From assembly GCA_964016885.1 (NCBI GenBank), contig OZ024741.1, forward strand, positions 190,340,001 to 190,404,000: a stretch of 64,000 bases of DNA, read 5' to 3'. Under the pieces are notes generated by a model. That model was not told the origin of the DNA. It did no database searches and saw nothing but the letters and a program-made list of their open reading frames with translations. A program made the translations under genes and the position numbers. Positions 13,301 to 25,300 of the stretch are shown one piece after another (position 1 is the first letter of the stretch; each line of letters opens with the position of its first letter). This stretch comes from Eledone cirrhosa (Eukaryota).

Positions 13301-16300
13301 TGAAAAGCACAACCTATAATATACTCACTAATTGCATATACAGAATGAAGCAATCTAACAAGTGGAAGTAAGCTGTGTTGGAAAGATCCATCCAGCTCAT
13401 ACAAGCATGGAAAAATGGACATACAAAGGATGATGATGATGAAAAAGAAGGAACGTATATTTACCATCTCAGCATAGGCCATAGCAGCAGGTGTTGCTGA
13501 TTCAGGGACAGTACTGACCAGATCTACATCCACAGGAAATTCTATAGCCAGTTGTTGACCACATCTTTTTCTCACAGAATATACCATTTGACCTGAAAAC
13601 AAACCTTTAACTAATAAACGAAAACCAGCATTGGGTAGCACCAAGGTCTAAAAACTTCAGCACTTTATTAAATGAAATACAGTGCTAATGTCTTTCAGTT
13701 AATTTTGAATATAACAAAAAATTTGAAAGCATTTATACACATAATCATAATATACCAGTATATATTTTTGTGTTATGTTTAGAACATAACAAAAGGTAAA
13801 CAAAATTTGGTTGACTTATGTAGAATTAGGAAGTTTGAAAGTATAGTTGCCACAATGCAGATAATTATAATAATTGTTTCTACTTTTGGCACAAGGCCAG
13901 CAATTACCCAGTGCATTACTGGTACTTTATTTTATCGACCACGTAAGGATGAAAGGCAAAGTCAACCTCGGCGGGATTTGAACTCAGATCGTAAAGGGAC
14001 GTAACTATGCTGGAAGCATGGCGTCCGACCCTCCACCGATACTGCCAATAATTATAATAATAGTTGAAAGAATCAGATGTTGTAGTCCATGAAATGTAAA
14101 AAATGGAAAGAGGTGCCTGCAGAGAATGAGACCATGCATCTCTCGTATGCTGAGCAAGTGCATTTAACTCTTACACTAAATGGTCCCTGGCTGCAAATAA
14201 CCATCTTTTTAGAAGATTTCAGTGTAGTTAGAAATGTAAACACTATTTAGTTGACTAATGAAGCATTGGGAAATTTGAAAATATTGTCACCCAAAGCAGA
14301 TAATTATAATATTTCAATAAATCAGGTGAAGTACTCCTGGAGATAGGAAAAAATGGAGAGCGGAGAGATGCTGGTGGGAAATTGAATGTTGTATCTGTTG
14401 TATGCCTGGCAAGTGTGTTTAACCAGTTTTTTTAATTTTTTAAAAAACATTTCCAGAGGTCTTCTTTGCCCACTTATTCCTGAGAGGATGTGAAGGCAGA
14501 GTCCTCAAACACTCCTTCCAGCGGGTCCTGTCAGTAGCAACTGTCTCCAGAGGTATTTTACCCAATTTATTTAACAATTATTTATGGTTATTATCTATCA
14601 TCTGCATTATGGCAACTATATTTTCAAATTTCCCAATGCTTCATAGATCATCCAAATGTTGTTTATTTTTCCAGCTTCATGCTTCAATCTGCTAAACAAA
14701 AACAAAACACACACAGCGAGGAGTCCTTTGGTGTAATGCTTAACCCTTTAGCATTTACATTACTCTATATTTATTATTGTATTTTTGTGGTAAAGGCTTT
14801 ATCTCACATAATATCGAATCTATGAGATTTTGATATTATTTATTTTGAGAACAATACCTTAACATCAGTATGAGTGGCCACTTATGGCCGGTTTGAACTG
14901 AAAAAGGTGAGAGAATTCTTGCTGGATACAGCCGGTTTAAATGCTAAATGATTAAACATGCTTGCCTGGCATATGAGAGATGCCTGGTTTGATTCCTCAC
15001 CATTTCCATTCCCAAGAGTACTTTGTGATTTATTCAACTATTATTTTAGTTATCTGCATTGTAGCGACTGTTTTTAAATAATTGTTTCTACGTTAGGCAC
15101 AAGGCCAGCAATTACCCAGTGCATTACTGGTACTTTATTTTATCGACCCCGTAAGGATGAAAGGCAAAGTCAACCTCGGCGAGATTTGAACTCAGATTGT
15201 AAAGGGACGTAACTATGCTGGAAAGCATGGCGTCCGACCCTCTACCGATACTGCCATGAAAAACAAACGTATATTGGTATATTAAGATGGCATTTGGCAC
15301 ATAACACATACAAATATATTTTGGTATATTAAGATTAAGATGGAATAGGGGCATAATTTAATATATATATATAGTCTAACCCATGCTAGCGTGGAAGATA
15401 GACGTTAAACGATGATGATGATATATATATAATAAACGTATAAATGATGATGATATATATATAATAAACGTATAAAAACAAACGTATATTGGTATATTAA
15501 GATGGCATTTGGCACATAACACATACAAATATATTTTGGTATATTAAGATTAAGATGGAATAGGGGCATAATTTAATATATATATATAGTCTAACCCATG
15601 CTAGCGTGGAAGATAGACGTTAAACGATGATGATGATATATATATAATAACCACACGTATCGTTAACCAGGTAATACTAGAGGGGGCCATACCAAAAGAT
15701 TGGTGCAGTAGCATCATTGTCAACTGCTACAAAGGTAAAGGCGATGCACTAGATAGAGGAAACTATAGAGGTATAAAGTTGATGGACCAGGTCATGAAAG
15801 TAACAGAAAGAGTTATAGCACAGCTGATTAGGGACCGGGTGAATATAGACGAGATGCAATTTGGGTTTGTACCAGGGAAAGGCACCACTGATGCCCTCTT
15901 CCTTGTGAGGCAATTACAGGAAAAGTACCTAGCTAAAAGTAAGCCACTCTACTTGGCATTTGTCGACCTTGAGAAAGCCTTTGACAGAGTTCCACGTGCA
16001 GTAATCTGGTGGGCTCTTAGAAAACTAGGAGTAGATGAATGGCTTGTGAAAGCGGTACAAGCCATGTATAGGGGAGCAGTCAGCAAAGTTAGGATTGGCA
16101 ATGAGTATAGCGAGGAATTTAGCGTACAGGTTGGGGTCCACCAGGGCTCTGTTCTTAGCCCTCTCCTGTTCATCATAGTCCTGCAGGCAATAACGGAGGA
16201 GTTTAAGACCGGATGCCCATGGGAACTCCTGTATGCTGATGACCTCGCACTCATAGCTGAATCTATGGTAGAACTAGAGAATAAATTCCAAACCTGGAAG

Positions 16301-19300
16301 CAGGGACTAGAGAGAAAGGGCCTCAAAGTCAACATGACAAAGACTAAGGTCCTTGTAAGTAGACGAGAAAACAGAACCCAGATCCCCTCAGGGAAATGGC
16401 CTTGCTCAGTATGTAGGAAAGGTGTAGGTAGGAACTCCATTCTCTGCCCCAAATGCAAACAATGGGTACACAAGAGATGTAGCGGGATCTCAGGAAGCTT
16501 AATTAAGAATGTAGGATTCACATGCAGCAGCTGTGCTGAAACAGCAAGCAAACAGCCACAGGAAACAAGTACCGCCAATCTCTGGGAGGGCCCTGTAGAA
16601 ACAGTAGACAGCTTCTGCTACCTAGGTGACCGAATTAGCAACGGAGGTGGGTGCTCAGAAAGTACAATAACTAGGGTAAGAACGGGATGGAAGAAGTTTA
16701 GGGAACTACTACCACTGCTAGCTGCAAAAGGCTTCTCCCTCAGAATGAAAGGCAGACTGTATGATGCGTGTATCCGAACAGCGATGTTGCATGGTAGTGA
16801 GACCTGGGCACTGAAGGTGGAAGACTTACGTAGATTAGAGAGAAACGAAGCCTGCATGCTCCGATGGATGTGTAACAGTAATATACGTGAACGACAAAGC
16901 ATAAAGGAATTGAGAGAGAGACTGAGCATAAGAGGAATCAAATGCTGCGTGCAGGAGAGGCGGTTACGCTGGTATGGACATGTGATGCGTATGAAGGATG
17001 ACAGCTGCATAAAAAGGTGCAGAGCACTAGAAGTTGATGGAAACCGCGGAGTGGGGAGACCCAAGATGACTTGGGATGAGGTGATAAAAGCCGACCTTAC
17101 CCAACTACACCTCTCAAAGTCAATGACACACGACCGTGACTTCTGGCGCCACGCAGTAATACAGGGTACCCGACCTCCCATGGGTACATGCTGAAGCATA
17201 TAAACAATATGCCCCCCCCCCCCCCCCCCCCCGCAAGGTGGCCGTGGAGGTGCCACGGCTAAAAAGCACCCAGCCCACACTGTAAAGTGGACGTGTAGGC
17301 GCCACGAAAAAGCACCCAGCACTCACTGTAAATGAGGTTGGTGTTAGGAAGGGCATCCAGCTGTAGAAATCAAGCCAGATCAGTTCCTGTATGAGCAAGG
17401 CATGGTCAGCCGACCAGACACTGCCCACAACAGGACAACCCGTCTAACCCATGCTAGCGTGGAAGAACGGACGTAAAACGGTGATGATGATGATGATGAT
17501 GGGATATTAAAAGTGTATACCAGGAGTAGCTTGAAATGGGTTGGTAAAATGAGAACTGTCATGGTCTTGGGTGGCTTGGCAGCACACAACCAGAGTGAGT
17601 TTCAATACATCTAATTACTCCATTGACCATCTCGTATCCTACAAGACATACATGCCTAGCCTATTCACTACAAGGCATCACACTCCAGGAAACACAAAGA
17701 ATAACATATTTGCCCACGGAAACCTTTTCCTCGTCTTAATCCCACCCTATCCTCTGTATCCAAGCTTCCATAAACTAAGGATAAAGAAAAACATTTCTTT
17801 CTCTCCAAAGAAAGACAGTCTGTGGCATTAGAAACTCTTCTCTAAATGACATAACCCATAAAAAGTATATATGCTTATATACACTCGCACACACAAATCT
17901 AACTTTAAATACAAAATATAAATATATACACACAAATAAAAATTTAAACCAAACCTTCCATAATACTGTCTGGTCGTGCAAAATATACATATTCAAATAT
18001 ACAGAAAGCAGAGTGTTTGTTGTCAGGACAGGGCACTCGACAAAGGGACTTAATTCCTGTTTGGCTAATTTCAACTATTTCACCTTTAAACAGAGAAAAA
18101 GAAAATATATTTTAAAGATGCGATGAAATTTGTATAATACAAAAACAAAACGTTTCTAATAAAATGTACACGTACTCTAATAAAATGTACACGTACTCCA
18201 ATAAAATGTACACAGTACACTCTGTAAACTGATTGGCGTTAAGAAGAGCATCCTGTTTTAAAACCTTGCCAAAAAGGATGGAAAAAAGGCTAAAATGATG
18301 ACAATGATTATCATCATCATTATTTAATGTTTTTCCATGTTTGCATGGGTTAGACGGGTCATCCACATTATGAGGCAAGTCAAATGGAACTGTATTTTGG
18401 CTATTTTTTTTTTACAGATGGATCCCCTTCCTAACACCAACCATGTTTACTGGGTGGTCCTGTTAAGAGGAGGGTCTGGCCGCGTTGTACTCTGCTCATG
18501 GTGGAACTGGGAGGCCTGGCTAGTTGGCTGGGTTTTTTTACGGTTGCTGGATGCCCTTCTTAGCACCAACCACGTTTACAGTGTGGGAGCTGGGTGGACC
18601 CAATTATGAGGAAGGTCTAACAGGCTGTGTCCAATTTCTCATGGACTAAAGATGGTATATATATATTTCATTCTCTGAAGATGGATTTTGAACCAAATTA
18701 AGAAACTTTACACTTTAGCAATAAATACAATTTTTGCTGTTGAAGACCACCACTAATCTTAACTGGATTCCATTTTTTATCTATATCTGTGTGGTTACTT
18801 GATAAAGTGTATTTAAAAATAAGAGGAAAGCACAAACGGGGGACAATCCCTTCAACAGTTGTCTGCAGGAGATCACAGACATTTCAACGCATTAAAGACA
18901 ATATGTCTAGCTCCAGTGCATCAATAACTTTTGGAAGTTATTGGGGGAAAAAGGAGAAAAAGAATTAAACAGAACGGGAAAAAACGACCCCCCCCCCCCC
19001 CCAAAAAAAAAAAAACGTAGGGAACATACCGAAAAAGAGGGAAACATGAGAAGCACACGTATGTATATAAGTAACCGGGGGAAGAAGTCAAAAACAGCTA
19101 CTGAACATAGGTCTGACATCTGCAAGAATAGGCGAAAAGAGGCAGATACGAGAGAAAACGGAATTAGTATGGGGAGCAGAGAGAAAGGGCAGCAGACAAC
19201 TGATGAAGGGATTGTCCCCTGTTTGTGCTTTCCTCTTATATACACTTTATCAAGTAACCACACAGCTCCCTGTTTCTTCTAAAATTTTTATTAATTTTTT

Positions 19301-22300
19301 TGCTGGGACCTGGTCTCTCTTTCTCTCTATCTAATTTGTTGCTATTAACTCTTTCTCTTTCTTTTTTTTCTCTCCCTCTCCTTCTCTCTGCTCCCCATAC
19401 TACTTCCGTTTTCTCTCACATCTGCCTCGTTTCGCCTATTCTTGCAGAGGTCAGACCTGTTTTCTTCGCTCTCCTTAATTCACTGTCAACAAAAGCCTCA
19501 GACTTATGTTCAGTAGCTGTTTTTTTACTTCTCCCCCTCTCTCCTGGTTACTTATATACATACATGTGCTTTTCGTGTTTCCCTCTTTTTCAGTATGTTC
19601 TCAGTATTTTCTTTTCCTTTTTCCCCCTTGTTTAATTCTTTTTCTCTCTCCTTTTCCCCCCAATAACTTCCAAAAGTTATTGACGCACTGGAGCTAGACA
19701 CATTGTAATGTCTGTGATCTCCAGCAGACAACTGATGAAGGGATTGTTCCCTGTTTGTGCTTTCCTCTTATTTATATATGTATATATCATAAGAGATAAT
19801 CTCCTGGGGCTGAAACAGGGCTCCAAGGAGGAAAGTGACAGTGGTGGAATAGTAGGGTGGATGAGGCAATTAAGTAAAAAAAAAAAAAAAAAACTGGCAT
19901 AGAAAGAATGACAGAAAAGGGGAAGCAGAGGACATAACTAGGAAAGAAGCTAAGCAACAAGGAGAAAAGTTGAATGAAAAAACTTTATGCATGTTCTGCA
20001 ACGTGGGGACCAAAAACATGAGGTATTCAGGATTGCAAGGCAGTGTATCAGGGAAAATTGTCGGAGAGAAGTGTATCTGAAATGACAATGGTGCACTTAC
20101 CCTCACTGATGCTGAAAAGAAAGTAGCATGGAAGTACCATTATGAGAGAGTGCTGGATGAGGAGAATTCATGGGAGAAAGATAGTCAGCTCCAGGTTGAC
20201 TCAGCAGAAAGACCAGCCATACAAGTCAGCAGTAGCGTACTAAGTAAGGCAATTAAGGATATGAAAACAGTGAAAGCAGCTGGTCCATTGATGATAGATG
20301 CTGAAAGCATCTGGGATGGTAGGCCACACCAAAACCACCTGTATTGTAAACCAGGTAATACAAAATGGTATCATATCCAATGAGTGGTGCAGCGTCATCA
20401 TCAACTGCTACAAAGGCAAAGGAGATGCATTAGGCAGAAGAAACTACCGAGGCATCATATTGATGGACCTGGTCATGCAACAGATGATTAGGGATCAAAT
20501 TAACCTAGATGAGATGTAGTTTGGATATGTGCTGGGTAAAAGTACCACTGATGCTCTCTTCCTTGTGAGGCAACTTAATGAGAAGTACTTAACTAAAAGT
20601 AAGCCCCTCTACTTGAAATTTGTTGGCCTAGAGTCCCCTGCTTCCATAATCTGATGGGATCCTAGAAAACTAGGGGTGGTTGAATGGCTTGTGAAGGCAG
20701 TACAAGCCATGTACAGCGGAGCAGTCAGCAAGGTTAGAATTTACGATGATTATAGTGTGCAAGTAAGGGTCCATCAAATCGCTGAGACTCAGTGAGGAGA
20801 TGACCAAGGAACATGACGAGTGGAGAAATGCTGTGTTGAAAAGGATCTGTCCAACCCATGTGAGCATGGGAAAACACATAAAAACAATGATGATGATGAT
20901 ATATTAATAATAATAAAAAATAGAACATATGTGTGCTCTGCCCAGAGGGAATTGTATAGTTTGAACTCAGAACCAAGTCAGTGTAGTTTAGCATGTTAAT
21001 ATTATAGTTATTATACTTGAAAGTACCCCAATCTTACAAACAATGTGCCCAAAAGTACCTTAATATTACAGATGCTGTACTTGTAAGTAACTTAATCTTA
21101 TAGGTATTGTACTTGAAAGTACTCCAATATTACAGATATTGTGCCCAAAAGTACCATAACCGTACATATATTGTAAATGAGAGCAACATAATCTCACAGC
21201 TATTTTGTTTATAAACTCTCTTAAAACATAAATTACATTATGGTTGTACTTTAAAGAAAATAAAAATTACATGAATTTATCATGCAGGTAAAGAGATAAA
21301 TTATTCAAAACTTACCAGGTAAAACTTCCCGGATATATTTGGCACCAACTGCCTGGAATGAACATGATTCTGAAGAAACTAGCCAGCCATCAATCTCTTT
21401 AAAAGTGCTTTCATCTAAGGATTAAAAAAACTATTAAGAATGTTGATTTTAAAATAATCTCTGACTCAAAATCTATATTATATAGTAGGACAGTGGGTAA
21501 GCAGAGTTGTTAGAGGATCAGACAAATGTGTCGCAGTATTTGTTTAGTTCTCTTTATGTTCTGAGTACAAATCTTGCTGAGGTTAATTTTGCCTTTTACC
21601 CTTCTGGGGTAAATAAAATGAAGTACCAGTCAAGTACTGGATTAATTTAATCAATGTTGCCCGTACACTAAATTTGCTGGCCTTGTGCCAAAATTAGAAA
21701 TCATTAAAATAGAGTACCAGTTAAATACCAGGGGATTGGGTCAATATAATTGATTACACAATCCTTCTTCAAACTCTGTGGCCAAAGGACTATGTTAAAA
21801 ACCATTAACCCTTTAGCATTTACATTTACTATTGTATTTTTATGGTAAAGGCTTTATCTCACATAATATCAAGTATTCGAGATTTTGATATTATTTATTT
21901 TGAGAACAATACCTTAATGTCAGTATGAGTGGCTAGTTCTTAGAGAGATTAGTTCTGTCGTAAGTGAGAAGCATGATGCACATCAATATACACTCTTGAC
22001 AGGTGCAATGTGTCTGAACGCGGAAGAGCCGAACTCCCACCGTCATCACTCCCATCTCTCTGTATAGTGAGCAAATAGGATCCGTGCTGGCCGCCCAACA
22101 GCCCCAGTGGACAGAATGGAGAAGGCGTTTCCCCGGAGGATGGTAAGGGAGATGCGCTGGAAGAGCCATTCCATCTTGGGAGGCTCACACCTGCGGCTGG
22201 CCAGCTCAGCGCCTATGGTAGAGAGGAGGGAGGTAGCCCTGGGGCCAAGGACACCAGAAGTCTCCACTACCAAGGGCATGACCATAAACCTGTGGCTAGT

Positions 22301-25300
22301 TATGGCTGGTTTAAATGATAAAGAGTTAAGGGTGGTGGAATGTCAGAATTAGTAGAGTGCCAGACAGAATACCTTGCAGTATTTTTTCCAGCTCTTCACA
22401 TTCTGCATTCAAATTCTGTGATGGTTAACTTTAGTTTTCATCCTTCTGGGGTTGATAAAAAAAAATTATCATTGCCATTCAAATATTACACTCCCTACCC
22501 TTCACTAAACACTATGCCCAATCTTTCTTTTCTGGGGTACCAACCTTCTGGATTTTCATTTCCTCCTATATTTATTTTTGTTGCTGACTTCCATTTATAG
22601 ATATTCTACTACTACAGCCATCTCTCACAACTGAGTGTGACTTAGTATAGGGTTTTTGGTGGCTATGCAGTCATGAGCATATTTAGACACTCTCATGACT
22701 CTCCTTCCTTTAACCCATTAGCATTTACATTACTCTATACTTACTATTGTATTTTCATGGTAAACACTTTATCTCAAATAATATCGAGAATTTGATATTA
22801 TTTATTTTGAGCACAATACCTTAACATAAGTATGAGCAGCTGGTTATGGCCAGTTGGAACAGGAAGAAGTGAGAGAATTCTGGCTGGTTTAAGTGCTAAT
22901 GGGTTAATCGAGTGGAACATCCAGGATGTGACAGCTAGGAGAGAAGGGTGCACCAACACTAGTACTGGTACTTACTTAATCAACTTCAAAAGAATGAAAG
23001 GCAAAGTGGATCACAGAGGGATGCAAACTCCGAATGTAGAGAGGGAGTAAAAACGCTCAACGCTCTAATGACTGCCAAACTGACCACCTTTTACAGATAT
23101 TTATACTAAACATTAAGTGTACTCAAAGGTTTTCCCAAAGTCATTGTGTACAGCTTTCTTCCCAGTTAAACAATCCTGATCAGTTTTACATCCATTTATC
23201 CATGCTGGCATGGGATCGATGGAACTTATGGAGGAAGAATTCTATGGCCAGATGGCTTTCCCAATGCTAACCCACTTGTTTTTATGTAAGGTACAGATAT
23301 TTGCACATCTAACTACTAATTATTAAGAGCTCTGTGTATGAGGTATGCAAACAAATATCCCCATTTACACCACCAATGTCAAATGTGAAGAGAAGACAGA
23401 GATAAACAAACACACATATGGCTTTGTAATTACTTTCTATCAAATTTACTTACAAGACGGCCTCGGCCTGTCGGCCCAAAGCTATGTAGAAGACAGTTGC
23501 ATAATGTGTGACATAGTGGGAGAGAATCCAAGATCAGGTAACTTCTCAACCACATGATCATACCTGGACTTATATAGTTGTTTGTTCCCTTTTAAGTCTT
23601 TTAATACTTTTAATACTTTAAACCTGTCCCAAACCACCCCTGGTTCTATCTAACAAAACCACCCATTTTAAATGTTTCTTATTTAAATTAACATCTTCCA
23701 ACATAATATTATATAAGAATCTTTTGTTAAGTTATATTACTAACACCAAAATGAAATAAGTTTCATAAATCTTTCCAAATTCTTCATTGATTAATCAAAA
23801 TACAGTATAATTTGGCTAGTAATATGGTAAGAAAAAGGTTAAATCAATATTTCTGAGAAGATACAACTGAAGGACTGTGAGGACACATGCACCAACTGAC
23901 TAATAAAGAAAATTATACTAGACTGGTGGTCATTTGGGAAAACTGAATGATAGGAAATGCTGTCACTTACTTGTGGAGCTAATTGACTGTAGTTGACCAA
24001 TACAAAGTGGACGGTTCCCATAGGGATCTCGAACAGCATAAATCTTGGATTTATGCATAATAAGGAGGGAGTAAGATATACTGGTGATTTTCATTAAATT
24101 CCTTATCCTAGAGAATATATATACATATAGAGGATAATTATAGCAATAACAAGAGCAATATGTATGTGTAGGTATATATACACACACACACATATACATA
24201 TATATATGGGCCTACACACTAGGGGTGGAGTTTCGTGCTTGAGAGGACTTTTAAAACTCTAGGCAAGCCTTTGAATCAATATACCGTATTTTTCAGAATA
24301 CAGGACACATTCTAAATTTAACATGAATATCCAGAAAAAATAAAATTAAGGAGAATTAACACTATTAAAATTTTAATCACTTTCAAATCTTATAAAATCA
24401 TGATTACTGTCATCCTTATTGATTTCCTGGCTGTCATCCTCATCTAGTTCCTGAAATTCATCATCTTCCTCGGGCTCATCGCTGTTTTCAGAATCACTTG
24501 TGTTGCTATCATATACAGAAAATCATCTTCGATACCATCTAGGGCATTGCTGATGCCACATTTTTTAAAGCTTTTATAACTGTCTCGGTTTCATAGCACC
24601 CTATATGAGTTTTTCACCCACTGGGTTACTTGGGAAAATGTAGGCCTCTTCATACACCCTGTCGGTGTCAGTTCATGTTTCAGGTCCTTCATCCAATTAC
24701 CCCATTCCTCTCTCATGTGTGCCTTAAAAGGCTTGTTTAGTGAAACATCAAGGGGTTGTAATTAAGAAGTCAGTCCACCAGGTATGACAGCTACTTCAGT
24801 GTTTAAGTTCTTTACCCTCCTTACTGTATTCTCAACCATGTGTATGAAATTGGTCCCAAACAAGAAGGTATACTTTTGAAAATTTAAACAAAAATGTAAA
24901 TATTTCCTACTTTGTAATTATAAAATTTTTACATACAATAATTACCTCAAACCAGACCTTCACCTTATAAGACAGTGATTTTGAGGGTCAAAAAAAACAA
25001 CAAAAAAACCCGTCCTACATTCCGAAAAATACGGTACACACACACACATTTATATTTATATATTACTATAAAAATTGTTGAATTTGGGCCACTTTTTATA
25101 AAATTGATCTGCCAACACTGCTTTCACTCATTGCAGTCTATAAGAATAAAGTGAAAGGTTTCTCATTTTTATAAACCATTTCAATAATACATTCCAGATT
25201 TTTAAAACTAAAATTCATACCAACCCACCCAAAACTGGCTTTGGTTCTATGAAACAAAATCACCAATTTTAAAGGGTTCTTATTTAAATTAAAATCTTCC

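Noticed and set aside
15949-17428. Long antisense ORFs over RTE elements (also 26993-28474)
   Set aside because: Shadows of the RT reading frame with no independent motifs.
19190-19266. CTGATGA-AGGG hammerhead-like start (also 19732, and mutated at ~18865)
   Set aside because: No downstream GAAA, stem III or stem I partner was found, so a hammerhead fold cannot be supported.
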